From assembly GCA_963744145.1 (NCBI GenBank), contig CAVUSO010000001.1, positions 5,120,001 through 5,184,000 on the forward strand: a stretch of DNA of 64,000 nt, written 5' to 3'. This document shows positions 21,668-31,093 of this stretch, piece after piece. A program made the position numbers and the translations under genes. Numbering within the stretch: the first letter of the stretch is position 1; each line of letters starts with the position of its first letter. The notes under the pieces are model-generated. The model had not been told where the DNA came from. It was given only the letters and a program-made list of their open reading frames with translations, and did no database searches. Origin of the DNA: an uncultured cyanobacterium (GTDB lineage: Bacteria; Cyanobacteriota; Cyanobacteriia; Cyanobacteriales; CAWUOF01).

Positions 21668-21919
21668 GATACTGATAGAATTTTAACAATGCAAGTGGAT
21701 GATCAGCTCTGGGTTAATGGAGATGAAAATAAGTTAATGTCGGTTTGGCAAAATTTAGTGGGAAATGCAGTAGAATAGATAAGAAAGCAAAAGTCAAAAA
21801 TATTTGTTTGTAGTAAGGGCTATCTTCCCTCAAATATTGAGCATTAGGGGACTAAAGTCCTTACTACGAACGATACTTTTGTAAGAAGTCTAATGTTTTG
21901 GGAATAGGGGTGGCAGAAT
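21668..21919 (+). repeat. Degenerate partial copy of the histidine kinase gene (16315-16449), split by a 115-bp insertion
   Basis: TGCAAGTGGATGATCAGCTCTGGG...TAGAAT and AATGTTTTGGGAATAGGGGTGGCAGAAT match 16337-16449. Confidence 0.85.
21777..21891. mobile_element. MITE/REP-like palindromic insertion
   Basis: Absent from the intact copy; flanked by AAT repeats; internal inverted repeat TTGTAGTAAGG...CCTTACTACGA. Confidence 0.6.
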
Positions 21920-22004
21920 GGGTTAGATTTATTATTCCAGAAAATGCGGCTGATGTGGTAACATAACCTATAGTTGTGTAATTAAATATTAACCATATTG
22001 AGAA

Positions 22005-24692
22005 TTGCAGATCCAGGGTAATCAAGCATTCCTGCTTTCCGATCCCGCAAAACTTTGGTTAGTTCAGTCGGGTAGCATTGCTTTGTTTGCGGTTAGAGTT
22101 AAGGATGGAGTAGTGATCTCAGCCCGTCGTTATTTATTTAGTAGCGAACCGGGAGAGTTAGTTTGTGGGATGGGTATTGGTGGAGAACAGAGCGATCGCG
22201 CTATTTTAGCTGTAGGAATTCCTGGAGATAGTGCTACTAATGGAACTACGGAAATTGTTGAGATTGAGCGGGAACAATGGCAAGATTTACAATCAGCAAA
22301 TCATGCTTATACAGTTACTTTAATTGCCACTTGGTGTCGAAAAATTCAGGGAGTATTTGCTGGAATTAGCGATTTAGAATTATCTAATATATCTGATGCA
22401 ATTATTCCAGATTGGGAATTGTTAATGGGAGAATTGTCTCAACTTCATCGGATTTTTTGGCAAGGGATTGATTTAATTGTAGCACAAGAAAAAGCAGTAG
22501 GATTGGTCAATTTACAAGCCAGAGAAAAATTTAATCAACAGCAATTAACCCAAGCTTTATCAGAATTAGAATCCTTACTACCTGATCAACAAAAATTTGT
22601 CGAAACTGAAACTGATGCTCAGGGTAGTAATCAAAATGAATATTTACCTTTATATCTGGCTGCTGTTGCTGTTGGTAAAGCTTTGGGAATTAAGATTTAT
22701 CTTCCAATTAACTTGAATCAAGATCCTTTAAATGCGATCGCTACAGCTTCTAGAATCAGGATTCGTCGCGTCTTATTAACAGATAATTGGTGGTCAAAAG
22801 ATTGTGGACCTTTATTAGCTTATACCCGTGATGGAAATCACCCGATCGCACTGTTACCTAGGACAGCAGGACGTTACCAAGCTTTTGATCCTGTGCAACA
22901 TATTCATCGACGAGTAGATGAAGAAATTGCCCTAACTTTGCTACCAATAGCTTATATGTTTTATTTGCCATTACCAGAGCGAAAATTAACAGCTTTTGAT
23001 TTAATTTTATTTGCATTGAAAAACCGTCGTAAAGATTTGTTGATGCTATTATGGTCTGGGATAGGAATTACCTTGCTGGGGATGTTTTTACCTCAAGCTA
23101 CCGCAATTTTGATTGATTTAGTAATTCCTGATGGTAAACGGAGATTGTTGATTGAAATTGGGTTAGGATTATTAGCTGGAGCGGTGGGGAGTTTGATTTT
23201 TCAATTAACTAGAGGACTCGCAATGATGCGATTAGAAATATTAGGAGATGCTGCTACTCAATCCGCAGCATGGGATCGGTTATTAAATCTTCCTGTACCT
23301 TTTTTCCGTCAATATTCAACGGGTGATTTACAATTGCGAGTATCAGCAATTAGTGCGATTCGTCATGAATTAGGTGGGGTGGCTTTGCAAACTTTATTTA
23401 TCGCTATTGTCACCTTACCAAATTTAGGATTATTATTTTATTATAACTGGGAATTAGGTCTAATTGCCGCAGCGATCGCACTAATAATTTTGGGAGTAAC
23501 TGGATTTTTAGGAATCGGGAATTTACGGATTACCAAACAATTGCAGAATTTGGAAGGAAAAATTTTAGGCTTAATGGTACAATTAATTAATGGAGTGGCA
23601 AAATTGCGGGTAGCAGGAGCAGAAGAACGGGCTTTTGCTAGGTGGAGTAAAGAATATAGTAAACAGCAAAGATTAAAGCTAAAAATCCAGCAATTAATCG
23701 ATATTTCCGTGGTTTTTAATCAGATATTAATCCCCATAGCGCAGGTATTTTTATTTGCCACAGCAGCAATATTAATCCGGGGAGGGGGTGGGTTATCACC
23801 GGGAATATTTTTAGCATTTAATACGGCTTTTGGGATCTTAATTGCTGGGATAACAGGGTTGGGAGATGTGAGTGTAAATTTTTTAGCAGCGATCGCCTTA
23901 TGGGAAAGAATTAAACCAATTATGCAAACAGAACCAGAGGTTGATCTAAATAAAACTGATCCTGGTCAGTTGTCGGGGAGATTGACCTTAAACCGCGTGA
24001 CATTTCGATATCGAAAACAGGGAGTAGCAGTATTAAATAATGTTAGTCTCAAGGTGGAACCAGGGGAATTTGTGGCATTAGTCGGTCCTTCTGGTAGTGG
24101 TAAATCGAGTCTATTTCGATTACTTTTAGGTTTTGAAACACCCCAATCAGGGGAAATTTATTATGATGGTCAGGATTTGCGAGGATTAAACATCCAAGCG
24201 GTACGGAGACAATTGGGTGTGGTGATTCAAAATAGTCGATTGAATACAGCTTCAATCTTTGATAATATCGCTGGAGGTGCATTAATTACCATGGATGACG
24301 CATGGGAAGCTGCTCATCAAGTTGGTTTAGCAGAAGAAATCGCAGCGATGCCCATGGAAATGCACACAGTGGTAAATGAGGGAGGAAATAATTTGTCAGG
24401 AGGACAGCGACAGAGATTATTAATTGCCAGAGCATTAGTATTAAAACCGAAAATTTTGTTATTAGATGAATCAACCAGTGCTTTGGATAATAAAACTCAA
24501 GCGATCGTCACCGAGAGTTTAGATAAATTAAAAGTCACCCGTGTGGTAATAGCTCATCGTCTGAGTACAATTCGCCAAGCCGATCGGATCTATGTGTTAC
24601 AATCTGGACAAATAGTAGAAGAAGGTAAATTTACAGATTTAATTGCTCAAAATGGTTTATTTGCACGTTTAATGAAACGGCAAATTGCTTAA
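22005..24692 (+). CDS. NHLM/NHLP bacteriocin-system ABC transporter, permease/ATP-binding subunit without peptidase
   Basis: IATASRIRIRRVLL, WWSKDCGPLL, AAWDRLLNLP, GPSGSGKS, LSGGQRQ; TTG start uncertain. Confidence 0.9.
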   Translation: MQIQGNQAFLLSDPAKLWLVQSGSIALFAVRVKDGVVISARRYLFSSEPGELVCGMGIGGEQSDRAILAVGIPGDSATNGTTEIVEIEREQWQDLQSANHAYTVTLIATWCRKIQGVFAGISDLELSNISDAIIPDWELLMGELSQLHRIFWQGIDLIVAQEKAVGLVNLQAREKFNQQQLTQALSELESLLPDQQKFVETETDAQGSNQNEYLPLYLAAVAVGKALGIKIYLPINLNQDPLNAIATASRIRIRRVLLTDNWWSKDCGPLLAYTRDGNHPIALLPRTAGRYQAFDPVQHIHRRVDEEIALTLLPIAYMFYLPLPERKLTAFDLILFALKNRRKDLLMLLWSGIGITLLGMFLPQATAILIDLVIPDGKRRLLIEIGLGLLAGAVGSLIFQLTRGLAMMRLEILGDAATQSAAWDRLLNLPVPFFRQYSTGDLQLRVSAISAIRHELGGVALQTLFIAIVTLPNLGLLFYYNWELGLIAAAIALIILGVTGFLGIGNLRITKQLQNLEGKILGLMVQLINGVAKLRVAGAEERAFARWSKEYSKQQRLKLKIQQLIDISVVFNQILIPIAQVFLFATAAILIRGGGGLSPGIFLAFNTAFGILIAGITGLGDVSVNFLAAIALWERIKPIMQTEPEVDLNKTDPGQLSGRLTLNRVTFRYRKQGVAVLNNVSLKVEPGEFVALVGPSGSGKSSLFRLLLGFETPQSGEIYYDGQDLRGLNIQAVRRQLGVVIQNSRLNTASIFDNIAGGALITMDDAWEAAHQVGLAEEIAAMPMEMHTVVNEGGNNLSGGQRQRLLIARALVLKPKILLLDESTSALDNKTQAIVTESLDKLKVTRVVIAHRLSTIRQADRIYVLQSGQIVEEGKFTDLIAQNGLFARLMKRQIA

Positions 24693-24696
24693 AACA

Positions 24697-27258
24697 CTAT
24701 TTAACTAAACATCCAGACGGGAACCAAGGTTGATAAGTTATAGTAACAGGAAGAGCCGTTAAAATCACTTGTCCTTTTTCGTTAACCATCCAGTTTTTAG
24801 CTTCAACAATTCGATCAGGTCTCGTTATTTGCGAAGGCATAAATTTTTTATTTTGGGGGATAGCGTGAGAAATTTGTTCTTCTGTTAATGGATTTGTGGG
24901 TGGGCTGAGAACTTCCCAATTAGACAATGTTGATTCAGCCGTAATCACATCGTGAGGATTGGTAGGTAAACCACCACTACCAGTAAATGTAAATTGATTT
25001 TTATATCCATCTACATGAGAACAACTTTTATAAATTTGATTGTTGATATTGAGAACTTTCTGGGAGATATTTAAAATTCCTTTACTAGGGTCCAGATCAG
25101 GAGTTTTAATCTGCACCACCCCATTGAATTTCAAACCTGCTGCCGAACTAGCCGTGATTTGTTCACTCGGTGTAGGCGCAAAAACAGATTTAGCATTAAT
25201 TAAAATATTACCACCATAACCTTGGAAAGCATTAGCAGTAATTGTACTATTTTCCAAAAGGGTAATACTGCCAGTAGGTAAATCAAGAGTTATATTACCA
25301 CCAACCCCAGTGCCACCAGCTTCAGCAGATAATTTACTGTGGTGACGTAAAAGTAATTGTTGTGCCGCTAAATCAATATTACCACCACCAGCACTAGCAG
25401 CACTAGCTGTAACTGTGGCACCCTGATCAATAATTAATTTGTTAGTGCTAATTCGTAAATCACCAGCCATACCACTCCCTTGACTTTCAACGAACAATCT
25501 ACTGGGAACGGAAAGACCATTGTTATCAATACCTGTACCAGTTACTTCGATCGAATTCGAGGCTTTTATAGTTAAATCTCCACCCATCCCACTAGTACCA
25601 GTAATTGTCCCCGCTGAAACTTTAGCCCCACCCTGGATACTTAAGCTCCCAGTAGTAATTGTCACACTGCCACTATTACCAGTAGCACCTTGGTCAACTT
25701 GAGAAAATAAACCAGAAGGATATAGACCATCGGCTGATCTACCAACTACTTCAATAGAACCAGTAGCATTAACAGCTAAGTTTCCACCTTGACCAATTCC
25801 AAAAGTGCCAACTTCGACCTGAGAACCATTTTGCAGCAGTAAATTTCCTGTATTGATAGCCACGTTTCCTCCATTTCCTTGGCTACCAGGATTACTTACA
25901 GCAGATATATAGCTCCCCCCCATTAGTTGAATATCTGAGGCATTTATGGTCAATTTAGCAGCATTACCGTTAGCAAAAGTAGAAGTAGTAATCTCAGGCT
26001 GTCCTTGCATGATTAACTGTTTGGTATTGACAGTAAGATTACCAGCATCTCCATTATCCGTCGTGGTCGCAAATAAACCAGTTGAGCCATCGCCCATTAT
26101 TTGCACCGAATCACTAGCATTAACAATCAGGTCACCAGCAGTTCCCGAACTGTAAGTGCTAGTTGATGCAACTCCAGAGTTTTGAATCACCAATTTGCTG
26201 GTATTAATGGTTAAATTGCCACCATGTCCGCTCCCTTCTTTCCCGATCCTGGGGTTAATACCAGCAGATGATCCAACTACCTCAGTTAACAAAGCGCTGG
26301 GAAAAGTTCCATCGGCAGATTGTCCGATTATTTCTACTAAATCGGTGGTGTTGACTGTTAAATTGCCTCCCGGTTTAGTTCCTAATGTAAGAGATATAAT
26401 TTCAGAACCATCAGTGAGACTCAATCGTTGTCCTTGGACATTGATATTACCCCCACCATCTCCACTCGTATCGACGATCGCTCCCTGAGATAGTTGGATG
26501 TCACCGAAATTTTTTATCCCGGCATAATTGAAAAGATAGCCATTTCCATTTACCCCCAGAGTAACAGTACCTGCGACCGCTACACTGCCCAGTTCAATTT
26601 GTCCAGATTCTGCGGTCAGATTACCACCTGTTAAAGTTAAGTTACCACCGAGCAGAGCTAAGGTTTTTCCTAGAGGGACTTGGAGTCCTACTACTTGGTT
26701 ATTGCTATTGGTAGTTTGGGATTGATTGATGATTGAGCCAGGATTAGCCCCAAATTGTAGCCCAATCGGCATATTTATGCTTAATAGTGGGGCTTGAGGC
26801 TTGATCGCACTAAACTCAGTCCCATTGGCAAATTTTAAACTGTTGGCAGTTGTGGCAAAAAATGATCCACCTATATTTAAGCTAGCATGAGGACCAAAAA
26901 TGATGCCATTAGGATTAATCAAAAATAAGTTAGCTGGGACATTCGCTTTGAGTAAACCATCAAGGTTGGAAGGAGAGCTACCTGTAACCCTAGTAATTAT
27001 ATTCTGAACGTCAGTAGAATTATTGAAAAAAACTGTATTACCAGTAGGAACGGAAAATTGACTAAAGCTGTGGAATAGGTTTCCTCCAACTGTAGTACCA
27101 CCAGTAATATGACTGATATTTCCTTGGGGGGTAACGATAGAATTGACTGGAAGGCTGGTATCGGGAATAATTGTTTGGGGAAATGAGGGGGTGCCTATCG
27201 CTAACCAGACCCATGTTAGGCTATTGGCAATCCACACAAATTTAATGCCTGGTTTCAT
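24697..27258 (-). CDS. Filamentous haemagglutinin N-terminal-domain (TpsA-like) exoprotein
   Basis: NLFHSFSQFSV, ANLFLINPNGIIFG, Gly/Asn-rich beta-helix repeats, FTFTGSGGLP and IVEAKNW C-terminal motifs; ATG at 27258 preferred. Confidence 0.92.
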   Translation of the reverse strand: MKPGIKFVWIANSLTWVWLAIGTPSFPQTIIPDTSLPVNSIVTPQGNISHITGGTTVGGNLFHSFSQFSVPTGNTVFFNNSTDVQNIITRVTGSSPSNLDGLLKANVPANLFLINPNGIIFGPHASLNIGGSFFATTANSLKFANGTEFSAIKPQAPLLSINMPIGLQFGANPGSIINQSQTTNSNNQVVGLQVPLGKTLALLGGNLTLTGGNLTAESGQIELGSVAVAGTVTLGVNGNGYLFNYAGIKNFGDIQLSQGAIVDTSGDGGGNINVQGQRLSLTDGSEIISLTLGTKPGGNLTVNTTDLVEIIGQSADGTFPSALLTEVVGSSAGINPRIGKEGSGHGGNLTINTSKLVIQNSGVASTSTYSSGTAGDLIVNASDSVQIMGDGSTGLFATTTDNGDAGNLTVNTKQLIMQGQPEITTSTFANGNAAKLTINASDIQLMGGSYISAVSNPGSQGNGGNVAINTGNLLLQNGSQVEVGTFGIGQGGNLAVNATGSIEVVGRSADGLYPSGLFSQVDQGATGNSGSVTITTGSLSIQGGAKVSAGTITGTSGMGGDLTIKASNSIEVTGTGIDNNGLSVPSRLFVESQGSGMAGDLRISTNKLIIDQGATVTASAASAGGGNIDLAAQQLLLRHHSKLSAEAGGTGVGGNITLDLPTGSITLLENSTITANAFQGYGGNILINAKSVFAPTPSEQITASSAAGLKFNGVVQIKTPDLDPSKGILNISQKVLNINNQIYKSCSHVDGYKNQFTFTGSGGLPTNPHDVITAESTLSNWEVLSPPTNPLTEEQISHAIPQNKKFMPSQITRPDRIVEAKNWMVNEKGQVILTALPVTITYQPWFPSGCLVK

Positions 27259-27419
27259 TGGCAATTCAACCTCTGACAAGTTTAAAAATTTTTCTATTGC
27301 GTAAAAATACTGATAGATCAAAGAGCCTACTAATTTTTATAGTAGCCCTTGGATCAATAAACTAATTAGGTTTTTTAAAAAAATAAATTAAAGACTTGAT
27401 GAAGATTGCTCTAAGTGTA

Positions 27420-27449
27420 TTGACAAGGGTAAAATGACTTAGGTATGGT
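27420..27449 (+). promoter_or_regulatory. Putative sigma70-type promoter of the precursor/lanM operon
   Basis: TTGACA-18 bp-TATGGT; TGACAAGGGT repeated at 27421 and 27452. Confidence 0.4.
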
Positions 27450-27577
27450 AATGACAAGGGTTAGTTGTAAGAACAACTTCTAGCCGACAACCACTTATCC
27501 GCAATTTTTCTTAAGGGTAAAGGTTAGAATGTTGTCAGTGATTATTATTTGATTAAATCTAATGGGAGACTAAAACA

Positions 27578-27715
27578 ATGTCAGCACAAAAAGAGTCAAA
27601 AAAATCAAAAAGTACCAAGCCAGAAACTGCTAAACCAGATTCCTCAGAGCTATCAATGGTAGAGCTAGATACTATTGCTGGTGGTAGAGCAGCACAAAGC
27701 GCCAAAAGCCTTTGA
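27578..27715 (+). CDS. Unannotated 45-aa double-glycine-leader peptide precursor (core RAAQSAKSL)
   Basis: MSAQKESKKSKSTKPETAKPDSSELSMVELDTIAGG|RAAQSAKSL; GGGAG RBS upstream; ELSxxELxxIAGG is the C39-cleavage consensus; directly upstream of lanM-like gene. Confidence 0.88.
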   Translation: MSAQKESKKSKSTKPETAKPDSSELSMVELDTIAGGRAAQSAKSL

Positions 27716-27815
27716 TGGCGATCGCAATTCGCCAAAAATAGTTTAGAACAGCTCTTAAATCAGAATAATTATAAACTGAGAGAGAAGCAGATAAAGATTG
27801 TTTTTGACCTTTTTC

Positions 27816-27857
27816 AGGGGGGACAAGCAAAAAGTTTGCTGTCCCCTCTCGGTTTTT
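27816..27857 (+). terminator. Intercistronic hairpin between precursor and lanM-like gene
   Basis: AGGGGGGACAAGCAAA-AAG-TTTGCTGTCCCCT stem followed shortly by a T tract. Confidence 0.65.
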
Positions 27858-27944
27858 CATTTTCAGCAGTTGAGAGGGTAACAGCGAAGGTGAAAATGAG
27901 GTAATATCTTCTTTTGGCTAGCAATTGCAGTTTTGGGTGGTGCC

Positions 27945-30900
27945 ATGAGTGATCGTCCCATACACTCTCAAGCAGAATTAATCAAAATCCTTGAACGTGC
28001 CAGCACCCTCAAGGAACGTTTGGGTGGAGAATTTATTAGCGATCGCGAACAAATTAAAGAAGATCAAATTAATTGCTATTTGGAAGAGTGGTGCCAAGTT
28101 GTTGGGGCAGGAGATTTAGAAAGATTTGAAAAACGCTTATCCTGGGATGGGTTAAATTTAGAGAGGGTATTACCCATTCTGACGGCTGTCCGTTTAAAAG
28201 ATGACCAAAATCTGCCCCACTGGTTAGAAACTTTAACCAATGGTCTGAAAGCTGCAACTTTGTTCGATCTCAATCAGCCATCTGACTATCCTCAACTTCC
28301 ATTTGTCGAGGTCTTTTTACCCTTAATTAATTTAGCTCGAACTAAAGTAATTGCTAAAACTGGTTCAAGTTATGAATTAATGACAAAAACTGCTCATCAA
28401 AACCTAGAATTCAGTCTCCTCGAATTTTTAGTACATTTAGGCTCGCGATCGCTGCAATTAGAATTTGCGGTTTTTTGTGGGGGTATTCAAACTAATAACA
28501 GTCTCTCGGATTTAGCGAGTGAAAGTAATAAAGCACAATATCTAAAATTTGTCAAGGGGTTATTAGAGGGAGGATTACTACTTTTTTTCCAAGAATATAG
28601 TGTCTTAGGGAGGTTGATTGCTACCACTGTAGATTTATGGGTAGATACCACCGCAGAATTTATGGTCAGATTAGCAACAGATTGGACAGAAATTCAGCAA
28701 ACTTTTCAACCGAAAAAGGAACTAGGAAAAGTCATCGCGATCGCACCTAATCTATCTGAGCGACATCACCAAGGACGGACAGCACTCGAACTGACCTTTG
28801 CTGCGGGTTTAAAACTAATTTATAAACCGAAAAACTTAGGGTTAGACATCGCTTATATTAACTTACTCAACTGGTTTAATCAAGAAAAGTTACCATTAAA
28901 GTTCAAATTAATCAAAATTCTCAACCGGGATGATTATGGTTGGGTAGAATTTATCGAAAATCTTCCCTGTCTTAATCAAGAAGCAGCACAACGCTATTAT
29001 CAACGGGCAGGAATGTTATTAAGTTTAATGTATCTTTTAGATGCAAGGGAATGTAACTGCGAAAATATTATCGCTAACGGAGAATATCCAGTTTTACGCG
29101 AACCAGAAACCTTAATGCACCCTCGATTTCAAGAAGATGAGTTACCAAATGAAGATCGAGGAGTTCAGGTTCTTGCTAATTATCAGCTTGGTAATTCTGT
29201 GATCCGAACTGGTTTCTTACCCCGTTGGAAAATAAATTCTAGAGAACAATATTATGACGATAGTGGATTATGGGGAATGGGTGAGGGAAGAACAGCAAAA
29301 GCGAATTTACCTAAATTAGGCAATACCTATTTATCACCAACTGATTACCTGGAAGAAATCGTAAATGGTTTTCAGGTAATGTATCTATTTTTAATCAAAA
29401 AGAGAGACAAATTAATTACCTCCAATAGTCCATTAGCAGAAATAGCACAACAATCAGTACGCTTTCTTTTTCGGACTACTAAAGTCTATAATTTTATCTT
29501 AAATAAAATCCTCCAACCCAAATTTATCCGGACTGGGATTGATTGGAGTATTCAGCTTGATATTTTGGACAAAGCTCTCCTTGATTCGCAAACAGTCCAT
29601 CCCTGTTGGAGTCTCGCTAAAGCAGAAAAGAAATCTCTGGAATTAATGGATATTCCTATATTTACAGTCAAGGGAAATAGTCGTGATTTAATCATTGCTC
29701 CTGGTGAAAAGATTGAGAATTTTTTTAATCAATCGAGCGAGCAGAATGTGATTGATAAATTCCACCAATTACATGAGCGAGATTTAAACAAGCAAATCGA
29801 AATTATTCGTAATTCTATTTATATCCTAATTGCTCATCAAACTCAACCAAAAATAAATAATAGTTCCCATCACCATTCTGGGAAAAAGTCAGGAATTTTA
29901 ACAGCAAAACAACTAATCGCAGAAGCAGTAATAATTGGTGAAGATTTAAAAAAACGGGCGATTATTTCTACCCAAAAGGGTATGATTTGGATGGGATTAA
30001 ATCAGCTAGCTAAAGCTGAATATTTCCAATTAAATCCCCTTGGATATGACCTTGACAATGGGATTGCAGGAATAGCATTATTTTTCGCAGCTTTAGCAAA
30101 AGTTAGTGATCAAAAATGGGGAGAATTTGCTTTAGCAACATTGCAACCTTTACGTCAAAATTTACAGAGTCATAACCTAGATGGAAATATCTTCCAGAAC
30201 ATGGGTATTGGTGGTGCGAAAGGATTGGGTGCGATTATTTATGTATTGGTAAGAGTGAGTGAATTTCTCTCAGCACCAGACATGATCAAAGATGCTAAAA
30301 AAGTAGCTGCTCTGATTACCAAAGATAAAATTACTAGCGATCGCTATTTAGATATTTTTTCTGGGTCAGCTGGAGCAATTTTAGGATTATTAGCTTTATA
30401 TGAGATTGAGCGAGATCAAAAAGTTTTAGAAACTGCCATAGCTTGTGCCCATAATATATTATTCCATCTATTTAAAAGCAATTCTAGTTTCAGTAGAGGG
30501 AAATTTTTAAATTCCAAATTGCCCATCAGTTTTTATCAGGGTTATACCGGAATCGCTTATGCTTTACTACGATTATATAAAATTACTAATCATGTCAATT
30601 TTTTAGAAGCAGCAAGTGAAATTATCATAGACTGCAATAATTCCAGGCAAAATTTACACCATATTTGTGATTATTATCTTGGTGATTTAGCCCAGATATT
30701 AACTGATAATAAGAAGGAAATCAAGCAAAAATTTAAAACCGGATTAAAACCCAATGGAGAATTAAAATTACAGGGTGTGGATAATCTCTATGAGGGGAAT
30801 TTTGGGATGATCGAGATTGCGTTACTTACGAGTCAAAAGCTGAATCTTCATGAGGGTTTAGAAATTGCTAACAAACAAGCAAGTTGGGTAATAAATAGAG

Positions 30901-31049
30901 CAAAACATACAGGTGGGTTTAAATTGTTTACTAACCTTCCCACCGATGCGTATACCCCCAGTTTTTTTTCAGGAAGTGCGGGAATTGGTTATGAACTTTT
31001 GCGATTAGCTGCTCCAGAATTATTTCCTTCCGTGATCCTCTGGGAATAA
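27945..31049 (+). CDS. lanM: Class II lanthipeptide synthetase (LanM) homologue with degenerate active sites
   Basis: LanM architecture (LIYKPK, YGWVEFI, YYQRAG, RFLFRTT, LanC-like barrel, GSAGIGYELLRL...PSVILWE); catalytic motifs altered (ECNCEN, LREPET, FYQG, LYEG). Confidence 0.88.
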   Translation: MSDRPIHSQAELIKILERASTLKERLGGEFISDREQIKEDQINCYLEEWCQVVGAGDLERFEKRLSWDGLNLERVLPILTAVRLKDDQNLPHWLETLTNGLKAATLFDLNQPSDYPQLPFVEVFLPLINLARTKVIAKTGSSYELMTKTAHQNLEFSLLEFLVHLGSRSLQLEFAVFCGGIQTNNSLSDLASESNKAQYLKFVKGLLEGGLLLFFQEYSVLGRLIATTVDLWVDTTAEFMVRLATDWTEIQQTFQPKKELGKVIAIAPNLSERHHQGRTALELTFAAGLKLIYKPKNLGLDIAYINLLNWFNQEKLPLKFKLIKILNRDDYGWVEFIENLPCLNQEAAQRYYQRAGMLLSLMYLLDARECNCENIIANGEYPVLREPETLMHPRFQEDELPNEDRGVQVLANYQLGNSVIRTGFLPRWKINSREQYYDDSGLWGMGEGRTAKANLPKLGNTYLSPTDYLEEIVNGFQVMYLFLIKKRDKLITSNSPLAEIAQQSVRFLFRTTKVYNFILNKILQPKFIRTGIDWSIQLDILDKALLDSQTVHPCWSLAKAEKKSLELMDIPIFTVKGNSRDLIIAPGEKIENFFNQSSEQNVIDKFHQLHERDLNKQIEIIRNSIYILIAHQTQPKINNSSHHHSGKKSGILTAKQLIAEAVIIGEDLKKRAIISTQKGMIWMGLNQLAKAEYFQLNPLGYDLDNGIAGIALFFAALAKVSDQKWGEFALATLQPLRQNLQSHNLDGNIFQNMGIGGAKGLGAIIYVLVRVSEFLSAPDMIKDAKKVAALITKDKITSDRYLDIFSGSAGAILGLLALYEIERDQKVLETAIACAHNILFHLFKSNSSFSRGKFLNSKLPISFYQGYTGIAYALLRLYKITNHVNFLEAASEIIIDCNNSRQNLHHICDYYLGDLAQILTDNKKEIKQKFKTGLKPNGELKLQGVDNLYEGNFGMIEIALLTSQKLNLHEGLEIANKQASWVINRAKHTGGFKLFTNLPTDAYTPSFFSGSAGIGYELLRLAAPELFPSVILWE

Positions 31050-31093
31050 AAGAGGTTATAATTAGAAATATTCAGGTTGCGAAATTATTCTTT

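Noticed and set aside
27450..27570. Riboswitch in the precursor leader
   Set aside because: Only a short AGTTGT/ACAACT stem; I could not match a known aptamer consensus by eye.
27686..27715. PatS/HetN-like patterning peptide
   Set aside because: The core lacks the RGSGR motif.
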